The notes under the pieces were generated by a model. The model did not search any database and had not been told where the DNA came from. It worked only from the letters and a program-made list of their open reading frames with translations. A program made the position numbers and the translations under genes. 44,962 nucleotides of DNA from the IMG/VR virus record IMGVR_UViG_3300020171_000010, positions 1-44,962 of that record. One strand, 5' to 3'. Numbering within the stretch: the stretch's first letter is position 1; each line of letters starts with the position of its first letter. Source of the DNA: a virus. This document shows, piece by piece, positions 1 through 6,004 of the stretch.

Positions 1-112
1 GTGAAGTCTATTACTGATATTATTATTAATTTTTTTCTTTTAGAAAAGAGTTGGGCAAAATTATTTTATATCATTAGTCCAAAAGATGAGAAAGTGATAA
101 GAAAGTTAGCCT
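1..112. repeat. Terminal direct repeat, copy 1 (identical to 44851..44962). Interpreted as the circular-closure overlap or terminal redundancy.
   Basis: Base-by-base comparison shows 1..112 equals 44851..44962. An ORF reads continuously across the junction. Confidence 0.95.
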
Positions 113-180
113 CAAAAATTGCTGGAAGTCCAGAAGTAAGACAATCTTTTCTTAATGAATGGAAAAAGGAGGGAATGTGA
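1..180 (+). CDS. Hypothetical protein, 3' part of a junction-spanning ORF (ATG at 44839, 63 aa in total)
   Basis: Frame 1 is open from base 1 to TGA at 178..180. The upstream part at 44839..44850 is preceded by a GGAGGAG ribosome-binding site. Hand translation: MNEIVKSITDIIINFFLLEKSWAKLF...NEWKKEGM. Confidence 0.6.
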   Translation: MKSITDIIINFFLLEKSWAKLFYIISPKDEKVIRKLASKIAGSPEVRQSFLNEWKKEGM

Positions 181-785
181 TGGTAAATTCAAAAAATTAT
201 AAACAGTTTAAATACATTTCTGATTATCGTTACGGGGCTTTAGAGGAATTAACTGATGATGAATTAGAAGCCCAAAAATATCATGTGAAAGAAATATATG
301 GGCAATCAAAATTACCTTGTTTTAGAACTCTTATTCGAATATCTGTATCAACTATTCAATTTGAGCAATGCCGAAGAAAAATTATTATTATGAATAAGAA
401 AAAAAAGGGGAAATGCAAATACTCTAAAAGGAATATTTGTGATTTTACAGAAGAATGTTGCGTAGGTGATGAATCAATGGCTACGGTTTGCGAAGATTAC
501 GAAGAAGAGGAAGAACTTGCCAACCTTTTTGAACAGGAGGGGGTCACAATGGTAAAGGGTAGGAGGAAAAGTTTGGTGGGATGGGCGATGTTTTATTTTA
601 ATTACTCTACTAAAGAATGGGACTTGGTTAGGATGTTAAATCCTGAAGGTGGTTTAGCGTTATTCCACAATGAAGAATCTGCTAACAAGTGCGAATATAT
701 CAGCCAAGCACTTACGGGTGGGGTAGTAAAAGTTAAAATCACTAAAGTTCTTATCACCATAGAAGAACTCGGAGGCGGAAAATGA
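180..785 (+). CDS. Hypothetical Cys-rich/acidic protein, possibly a fusion of two modules
   Basis: The ORF track gives 159..785. ATG at 180 follows AAGGAGGG and overlaps the upstream stop. An internal GGAGGGGG-N6-ATG sits at 549. Confidence 0.6.
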   Translation: MVNSKNYKQFKYISDYRYGALEELTDDELEAQKYHVKEIYGQSKLPCFRTLIRISVSTIQFEQCRRKIIIMNKKKKGKCKYSKRNICDFTEECCVGDESMATVCEDYEEEEELANLFEQEGVTMVKGRRKSLVGWAMFYFNYSTKEWDLVRMLNPEGGLALFHNEESANKCEYISQALTGGVVKVKITKVLITIEELGGGK

Positions 786-874
786 ATGAGAGTTTGGTTG
801 TCCTCGGAATAGGATTATTGATGTTTGGTCTTACATTAGTAGCGGTTGGAATATTTTGGAAATATTTATTTTAA
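782..874 (+). CDS. Small hydrophobic membrane peptide (30 aa)
   Basis: Hand-translated MNESLVVLGIGLLMFGLTLVAVGIFWKYLF. It has a GGAGGCGG ribosome-binding site and an ATGA overlap with the upstream stop. It is below the 60-aa cutoff of the track. Confidence 0.45.
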   Translation: MNESLVVLGIGLLMFGLTLVAVGIFWKYLF

Positions 875-885
875 GGAGGCGGAAA

Positions 886-945
886 ATGAGTGAACCTGTT
901 TGTGAATGGTGTGGGGAATGGAAAAGAGATTGTAAGTGTGGCTAA
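886..945 (+). CDS. Possible Cys-rich micro-ORF (19 aa)
   Basis: Hand-translated MSEPVCEWCGEWKRDCKCG. It is preceded by the same GGAGGCGGAAAATGA initiation context as its neighbours. Confidence 0.3.
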   Translation: MSEPVCEWCGEWKRDCKCG

Positions 946-959
946 CTCTGAGGCGGAAA

Positions 960-1379
960 ATGAATGAACAAGAAATAAGAGAGGCGGTTGTTAAAATAAA
1001 GGAAATATATAAAGATTTGGATGATGAACAAGAATTAGCTAAACGACTATGTTCTGATGGAAGATACTTAAATTCTTTAAATTGGTTACTCTCTCTCGCC
1101 CAGCAATACCTCGACATAAAAGGGATGCCAGAAGACTTTGAATATTTTTTAACAGAGAAACACGCAGAACAATATATCGGCACTAAAGATTGTATGGTTG
1201 ACGATTTTGAGAAATGGATACAAGAATTAGAAATTGATGATTTTATTAAATATGGCAATAAAGCTTTACACCTCTGCAAATTGGCGAGGATGAAGCAATC
1301 CCAACAAGGTTTAATGGGGGTGGAAGAACTTGAGGCAACTGTCCAAAACGCTCTTGAAAAAATCGGTTACCGAAGATAA
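960..1379 (+). CDS. Hypothetical protein
   Basis: ORF 936..1379. The internal ATG at 960 carries the repeated GAGGCGGAAAATGAATGA initiation context. Confidence 0.6.
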   Translation: MNEQEIREAVVKIKEIYKDLDDEQELAKRLCSDGRYLNSLNWLLSLAQQYLDIKGMPEDFEYFLTEKHAEQYIGTKDCMVDDFEKWIQELEIDDFIKYGNKALHLCKLARMKQSQQGLMGVEELEATVQNALEKIGYRR

Positions 1380-1398
1380 GAGGATGAAAATTAATTAA

Positions 1399-1632
1399 AT
1401 GGATATTGAAAATAAAATCCTAACTATTATCCGTACCGAATTCAACCGCCCTGAATCTATATTAGAAAGTCGATTATACTCCGACCTGCATTTTAGCGAA
1501 TTAGATATGATGATGTTGATGTTTGCGTTAGAGGAAGATTTTGATATTGAGATACTTGATGAGGATATGGTAATATGGGTAATGGTGAAGGATGTGATTG
1601 AGTATGTAAAGACAAAAAAGGAGGAGAAATGA
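1399..1632 (+). CDS. Acyl carrier protein-like protein
   Basis: The 77-aa product aligns by eye along its whole length with bacterial ACP. DLHFSELDMMMLMFALEEDFDIEILDED compares with [28 protein letters not shown]. A Ser is present, but its spacing to helix III differs by one residue. Confidence 0.75.
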   Translation: MDIENKILTIIRTEFNRPESILESRLYSDLHFSELDMMMLMFALEEDFDIEILDEDMVIWVMVKDVIEYVKTKKEEK

Positions 1633-1793
1633 AATTTTTAAGATTCTTAATATTTATAATCTTGGTAATTATCTTAATATGGTGGTTTATGTTTTTCTTT
1701 ACTCATTTTAACGAGGCGATTAGGTTAGATGCTTTAGATTATATATCAAATAACACAAGTTCAATTATCCAAGATAAACGAGTATATCGATAA
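1629..1793 (+). CDS. Small membrane protein (54 aa)
   Basis: Hand-translated MKFLRFLIFIILVIILIWWFMFFF... with an ATGA overlap with the ACP-like stop. Not in the ORF track. Confidence 0.45.
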   Translation: MKFLRFLIFIILVIILIWWFMFFFTHFNEAIRLDALDYISNNTSSIIQDKRVYR

Positions 1794-1811
1794 AATCAGA
1801 AAAGGAGAAAC

Positions 1812-2108
1812 ATGTTACAAGCAGTCGGCCAGTCATATATCATCAAGCCGGTATGGGAGAAGGAGACTGGAAGATATATCAGATTCTGGGTTCCCAAACG
1901 AGGAGAATGGTCGCAATATGATGGATTTGTCTATGGTTTGATTTTATCTACTGGCCCTAAATGTGTATTTACATATCAAGGTAAACTTTTGCAGCCAGGA
2001 TATAAAATAATATTTCAGCGCCACGAAGGGAAGATGATAAAGTTTGAAGGCGAAATTTACTATAAGATGCGTGAACGTTGGGTTCAGGCGGTAATTGAGG
2101 AGGCGTAA
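1812..2108 (+). CDS. Divergent GroES/Cpn10-like protein (second copy)
   Basis: It has the same length and block pattern as GroES. QSYIIKP matches DRVIVKR, GLILSTGPK matches GEVLAVGNG, and LQPGYKIIFQ...WVQAVIE matches VKVGDIVIF...ILAIVE. The GGI mobile-loop motif is missing. AAAGGAGAA ribosome-binding site. Confidence 0.45.
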   Translation: MLQAVGQSYIIKPVWEKETGRYIRFWVPKRGEWSQYDGFVYGLILSTGPKCVFTYQGKLLQPGYKIIFQRHEGKMIKFEGEIYYKMRERWVQAVIEEA

Positions 2109-2125
2109 ATATTGAAGGAGGCAAT

Positions 2126-2269
2126 ATGAAAAACCCATTAATTTATGAAATCAGCTTACCTGTATGGCAATTGTTTTTATGTTTTTTCATTGGTAATATT
2201 ATGATTGGTAGTTTTATTATAGTGAACCTTATGCTTATTGAAATGATAAAAACTATTTTTCATAAATAA
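2126..2269 (+). CDS. Small membrane protein (47 aa)
   Basis: Hand-translated MKNPLIYEISLPVWQLFLCFFIGNIMIGSFIIVNLMLIEM... The AAGGAGGCAATATGAAA context is identical to that of the next gene. Confidence 0.4.
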   Translation: MKNPLIYEISLPVWQLFLCFFIGNIMIGSFIIVNLMLIEMIKTIFHK

Positions 2270-2281
2270 TAAGGAGGCAAT

Positions 2282-2584
2282 ATGAAACTCATACCATTAG
2301 CGGACCGAGTAGTAATCAGACCAATGAATCCTGAATCAATGTCAAGGGGCGGCATAGTCATTCCTGATGTAGCCAAAGATAAGCCGCAGGAAGGTGAAGT
2401 CATCGCCGTAGGTAATGGCAGGATACTTAACGATGGCACAGTTATAACTTTGACCGTCAAAGAAGGCGATAAGGTTTTATACGGTAAATGGACAGGCAAT
2501 GAAATTACTACCAAAGAAGGTGATAAGATTTTGATTATGCGAGAAGACGACATTTTAGCAGTAGTAGTGAATGACAAAACTTAA
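2282..2584 (+). CDS. groES: Co-chaperonin GroES (Cpn10)
   Basis: MKLIPLADRVVIRP...SRGGIVIPD...GEVIAVGNGRILNDG...VKEGDKVLY...ILIMREDDILAVV is collinear with bacterial GroES, including the mobile loop. Confidence 0.9.
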   Translation: MKLIPLADRVVIRPMNPESMSRGGIVIPDVAKDKPQEGEVIAVGNGRILNDGTVITLTVKEGDKVLYGKWTGNEITTKEGDKILIMREDDILAVVVNDKT

Positions 2585-2615
2585 GAATAAATATTAATCC
2601 ACAATTAAAATTTTC

Positions 2616-2643
2616 TTGACATTTCATTTATTCGTGATATATC
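2616..2643 (+). promoter_or_regulatory. Sigma70-like promoter (putative late/structural operon promoter)
   Basis: TTGACA (2616..2621), a 16-nt spacer containing TG, then TATATC (2638..2643). It lies in a 175-nt intergenic gap upstream of the terminase genes. Confidence 0.6.
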
Positions 2644-2657
2644 TGTATTAGAAAAGC

Positions 2658-2712
2658 AAGGGCGAACAAAATTTAGACTTTCACCTGAGTAATCAGGATT
2701 TTCGGCGCCCTT
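2658..2712 (+). other. Structured 5' leader element
   Basis: AAGGGCG (2658..2664) pairs with CGCCCTT (2706..2712). This stem encloses the hairpin CCTGA-GTAA-TCAGG (2684..2697), which has a GNRA loop. No U-tract follows. Confidence 0.45.
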
Positions 2713-2759
2713 ATGAAAATAATATAAATTAGAATAGATAACGATAATTAAACGAAATT

Positions 2760-3143
2760 ATGCCCAAAAAATTATTTACTTCTGAATACCAACCTAAGAA
2801 GAACGGACGCCATAAGGGTTCTACTGCTACCGATTGGCTCCGCACATTATCCCATACTAAAATTCATTTCCATAATCCCATTACCAACAAGAAAGATTTT
2901 GCAGAAGTCAATCTTGTTGTTGCTATACAATTGATTTTAAAAGCTACACAGGATAGCGATTTGCCTTCAATCAAGGAATATTTTGATAGACTTGACGGCA
3001 AAGTGCCGCAAGAAATCAAAAGTGATAACCTCGGTGGGTTACGCATAATCATAGTTAAAGATGGCGATAAACGAGTGGACAATAAAACCGAAGAAGTTTC
3101 AGGACAGCTTCCTATTCAGCGAAAAAAGATTTCCTTGTCTTAA
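2760..3143 (+). CDS. Putative terminase small subunit (DUF5681-like)
   Basis: The N-terminal F..EYQP.KNGRHKGS motif is typical of DUF5681 proteins found next to phage terminases. The gene sits immediately upstream of the large terminase. Confidence 0.5.
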   Translation: MPKKLFTSEYQPKKNGRHKGSTATDWLRTLSHTKIHFHNPITNKKDFAEVNLVVAIQLILKATQDSDLPSIKEYFDRLDGKVPQEIKSDNLGGLRIIIVKDGDKRVDNKTEEVSGQLPIQRKKISLS

Positions 3144-4350
3144 AGCTGGTATTGGTACGGGCAAGACAATGATGATGTTGTTGAAGATATGGAAGTTTTG
3201 TGAGGATTATCCTGATACTCTTGCATTGATAGTGAGAAAAGAGTTCACTGATTTAAGAGATAGTACCATCAAAGACTTTGAAAGATATTTTCAAGTTTCT
3301 ATTGACGCCAATAAAGAACATAAATTCAAAAATGGTTCAACGATAATGTTCAGGCATGGTGCCGAATTAAATGTGCTTCGCAATATCAATTTATCTATCA
3401 TCGGAGTAGAACAAGCCGAAGAATTTGATACTGACGAAACATTCCAATTCTTAAGGGACCGGTTGCGCCGAGACAATGCACCATTAAGGCAACTGTGTTT
3501 AATCTGTAATGCCAAAGGTCATAACTGGATATGGAAGAACTGGATGAATAATCCCCCCTCCAAAGATTACGATTTATCCATCGCTACCACATTTGAAAAT
3601 GCCGATAACCTACCAAAAGATTTCATTGAAGATTTAAAGACAATGGAAATTGAAGCCCCTAATCATTACAAACAATATGTCCTTAATTCCGATGAAGAAG
3701 TCGAGGCTGATGATTATTTACTTACTTGGTCAATTCTTGATTCTGCGACTAAATTAGCATTAAGCGATAAGACTGGCACAAGGATTTTGGCATTAGACCC
3801 TGCACGGTTCGGCCAGGATAAGACTGCCTTCACTATCATTGAGAAAAAAGGAGTTAATACTTGGGAACAAATATTCAAAGAATCGCATATCGGCAAAGAT
3901 CTGATGTGGACAGTAGGAAGGTTCATAGATTTGCGTAGAGAGTTCAATGCGCATATAGGCGTGGTTGATAGTGATGGATTAGGAGGTGGAGCTGTAGATA
4001 GGTTAAGAGAATTGAGCATTGAGATTATTGAATTTCAAGGTGGTCAAAAATCAAAGCAGGAAGAATATTATGCTAACCGCCGGACTGAAGGATATTTTAA
4101 ACTTAAAGAGATGATTGATAATGGATACTTAAAAATCCTTACTGACCATTTGCAGATTGATGAATTGCTGACTATCCGGTATAAATATACTTCCAAAGGT
4201 CAGAAGTTAATCGTAAGCAAAGATGAGATGAGAAAAGAAGGGATTAAATCACCGGATGAAGCTGATGCTCTGATGATGGCGATAAGTGCGACGATGCGAA
4301 CACCAATGAGGCAAGAATTTGTCAAACAATCTCCAGGAAGGATATACTAA
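3061..4350 (+). CDS. terL: Terminase large subunit
   Basis: Walker A is KAGIGTGKT and Walker B-like is IIGVEQAEE. Nuclease-domain motifs are LDPARFGQDKTAF, VDSDGLGGG and SPDEADALMMA. Confidence 0.9.
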   Translation: MAINEWTIKPKKFQDSFLFSEKRFPCLKAGIGTGKTMMMLLKIWKFCEDYPDTLALIVRKEFTDLRDSTIKDFERYFQVSIDANKEHKFKNGSTIMFRHGAELNVLRNINLSIIGVEQAEEFDTDETFQFLRDRLRRDNAPLRQLCLICNAKGHNWIWKNWMNNPPSKDYDLSIATTFENADNLPKDFIEDLKTMEIEAPNHYKQYVLNSDEEVEADDYLLTWSILDSATKLALSDKTGTRILALDPARFGQDKTAFTIIEKKGVNTWEQIFKESHIGKDLMWTVGRFIDLRREFNAHIGVVDSDGLGGGAVDRLRELSIEIIEFQGGQKSKQEEYYANRRTEGYFKLKEMIDNGYLKILTDHLQIDELLTIRYKYTSKGQKLIVSKDEMRKEGIKSPDEADALMMAISATMRTPMRQEFVKQSPGRIY

Positions 4351-4755
4351 ATGAGCGATAATGGTAACGGAAAAAAAGATTTAGAAATGGATAAGTTAGC
4401 AGCAGGAGTATTAAAAAATGGATTTGATACTACGAATAAATCACCTGAGAAAACTCCTGAACAATTTAAACAAGAACGATTGGAACGATATCAGAAGAAT
4501 CCTGAAACTTTCCTTGAGTTTCAAGATATTATATTTGCTACAATCCGTAATCCTAAATCGGCATTAGGCGTGAGTGTTCTGATATGTAATTGTAAACGTA
4601 CCGAGATGGACATTGCTCAAGTCGAGATTAATCATAGATTAAATATGCTCAGGTCAAGAATGGATATTGAAGCCGAGATGAAAAAACAGGCGGTGGAAGG
4701 GTTGATTGTGACACAGCCACATAAGATAATAGATTTTTTAAGAAGGAAAAGATAG
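4351..4755 (+). CDS. Hypothetical protein
   Basis: 134-aa ORF starting directly after the terL stop (TAAATG). Confidence 0.6.
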   Translation: MSDNGNGKKDLEMDKLAAGVLKNGFDTTNKSPEKTPEQFKQERLERYQKNPETFLEFQDIIFATIRNPKSALGVSVLICNCKRTEMDIAQVEINHRLNMLRSRMDIEAEMKKQAVEGLIVTQPHKIIDFLRRKR

Positions 4756-4758
4756 ACA

Positions 4759-4833
4759 ATGAAATTGTTACAAGAATTGTTCACTGAACTTAAACATCTT
4801 ATAAATGCTTGGAGAAAATGGTTGGGATTATGA
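4759..4833 (+). CDS. Possible small ORF (24 aa)
   Basis: Hand-translated MKLLQELFTELKHLINAWRKWLGL. It is the first of five chained small ORFs. Confidence 0.25.
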   Translation: MKLLQELFTELKHLINAWRKWLGL

Positions 4834-4904
4834 TGTATTTGGGAACAATCGCAATAATAGTGATAATTGTCTTAACGATATGGAATGAGGTTCATTGTGG
4901 ATAA
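4830..4904 (+). CDS. Possible small membrane peptide (24 aa)
   Basis: Hand-translated MMYLGTIAIIVIIVLTIWNEVHCG, with an ATGA overlap upstream. Confidence 0.3.
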   Translation: MMYLGTIAIIVIIVLTIWNEVHCG

Positions 4905-5028
4905 TCTTACAGAATATGCCTGGTCATTGCAGAATAATTTATTGCCGATAGATTATTATATAATGTTTGGGTTAGGTTTTATATTGCTGTGGATGTCCTG
5001 GTTTAACCGTAAATACAAGGTTTATTGA
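4897..5028 (+). CDS. Possible small membrane protein (43 aa, GTG start)
   Basis: Hand-translated VDNLTEYAWSLQNNLLPIDYYIMFGLGFILLWMSWFNRKYKVY. The start codon is uncertain. Confidence 0.3.
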   Translation: MDNLTEYAWSLQNNLLPIDYYIMFGLGFILLWMSWFNRKYKVY

Positions 5029-5168
5029 TGAGCATACTATTTTTAATCTTGCGATTATTTGCTTCATTATCAAGTCAGTATGACTGGATTATATTTATGT
5101 TTATGATACAGTTGGATTATATTGCGATGATGGAAACATTGAGGTGGAGGCGGTTAAACAATAAATGA
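5028..5168 (+). CDS. Possible small membrane protein (46 aa)
   Basis: Hand-translated MSILFLILRLFASLSSQYDWIIFMFMIQLDYIAMMETLRWRRLNNK. Its ATG overlaps the upstream TGA. Confidence 0.3.
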   Translation: MSILFLILRLFASLSSQYDWIIFMFMIQLDYIAMMETLRWRRLNNK

Positions 5169-5329
5169 CCTGGAAAGACAGATTGATTGACGAAGCTGAA
5201 AAAATAGTTACACACGGAGAAGGCAAGATAAATTTTATGGCTGGTGAACGTAGTGGTTCAAAAACATCGATTGTGATAGAAGCGACCAAGATACATAGAT
5301 ACACAACAGAGAAAATCGAGGACGATTAA
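5165..5329 (+). CDS. Hypothetical small protein (54 aa)
   Basis: Hand-translated MTWKDRLIDEAEKIVTHGEGKINFMAGERSGSKTSIVIEATKIHRY..., with an ATGA overlap upstream. Confidence 0.4.
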   Translation: MTWKDRLIDEAEKIVTHGEGKINFMAGERSGSKTSIVIEATKIHRYTTEKIEDD

Positions 5330-5374
5330 GTAAACTAAAAATCAGGTTGTAGTATCGCTTAAGATTAACTAATA

Positions 5375-5414
5375 GGCGACTTGGTGAGAAATCATCGGGT
5401 CGCCGTTTTTGTTT
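5375..5414 (+). terminator. Rho-independent terminator
   Basis: GGCGACTTGGTGA-GAAA-TCATCGGGTCGCC forms a 13-bp stem (with G-U pairs) capped by a GNRA loop. It is followed by GTTTTTGTTT. Confidence 0.7.
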
Positions 5415-5422
5415 GAGGAGAT

Positions 5423-5785
5423 ATGCCGGAAAATAAATTTGAGAAATACATTATGGGGGTAATTGAAAAATATATACCCATTCTATTATTGCAAAGGCAT
5501 ACATTTGAAGTGGAGAAAGGAACAGAAGACCAAAAATCTTTTATGGAGTGTGTGCCTAATTATCCCTATCTTAATGCAACATTAAAATATTCAAATGAGT
5601 GCGTTAAGGACTGGAAAAAAGGAAAAGATATTGTGCCTTACATTCTTCACGAAATGTGTCATCTTATTACAGAATCTTTATATGTAAAAGCTATACGTCG
5701 TTATAGCGGTAAAGATGAAATATTAGACGAACGAGAAAACTTGACTGATTTGATATGTAACATTGTTGTGAAAAATAAATTGTGA
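5423..5785 (+). CDS. Putative zinc metallopeptidase-like protein (HExxH)
   Basis: It has the ILHEMCHLITE motif (HExxH, SprT-like flavour). GAGGAG ribosome-binding site. Confidence 0.4.
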   Translation: MPENKFEKYIMGVIEKYIPILLLQRHTFEVEKGTEDQKSFMECVPNYPYLNATLKYSNECVKDWKKGKDIVPYILHEMCHLITESLYVKAIRRYSGKDEILDERENLTDLICNIVVKNKL

Positions 5786-5795
5786 GGAGGATTAA

Positions 5796-5840
5796 ATGCC
5801 TTGTGGAAAACATAAACGAAAAAGAAAAAAGAAAAGATAA
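5796..5840 (+). CDS. Possible 14-aa highly basic peptide
   Basis: Hand-translated MPCGKHKRKRKKKR, behind a strong TGAGGAGG ribosome-binding site. Confidence 0.25.
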   Translation: MPCGKHKRKRKKKR

Positions 5841-6004
5841 TGTTGAAAAAAAGAAAACTTAGTTTCAAACAATCAATGAAAGCATTGAAGAAAGCCGAAG
5901 AAGAATCATCTGGTGTTGTATTAAATAAGAACCCCCAGATTGCAAAATTAGAACTTGAGATGTTGACTATAGCGGAACGTGCTAAAACCGAGGGTATTCA
6001 ATGA
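5840..6004 (+). CDS. Hypothetical small protein (54 aa)
   Basis: Hand-translated MLKKRKLSFKQSMKALKKAEEE... The TAATG and ATGA junctions couple it to both neighbours. Confidence 0.4.
   Translation: MLKKRKLSFKQSMKALKKAEEESSGVVLNKNPQIAKLELEMLTIAERAKTEGIQ

Noticed and set aside
1-112. Terminal repeats considered as the ends of a transposon or integrated prophage (att sites)
   Set aside because: They are direct and exactly identical, they lie at the very ends of the window, and they sit inside a continuous ORF. No integrase, transposase or host flanking genes are present. Assembly overlap of a circular genome is the simpler explanation.
866-1279. Minus-strand ORFs listed in the track across the window. 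Examples: 866..1279, 2260..2577, 3714..4019, 8880..9386, 12454..12780, 16783..17337, 25474..25845, 26796..27092, 35583..35858, 36929..37234, 38427..38717, 42901..43152.
   Set aside because: All lie antisense to longer plus-strand genes that have ribosome-binding sites and recognisable motifs. Their S/L/F-rich translations are typical of reverse-complement reading of K/E-rich or AT-rich coding sequence.
3100-3112. A_AAA_AAG slippery motif in the small/large terminase overlap, considered as a -1 frameshift site
   Set aside because: terL is in the +1 frame relative to the small-terminase ORF, not the -1 frame, so this heptamer cannot link the two frames by canonical -1 slippage.
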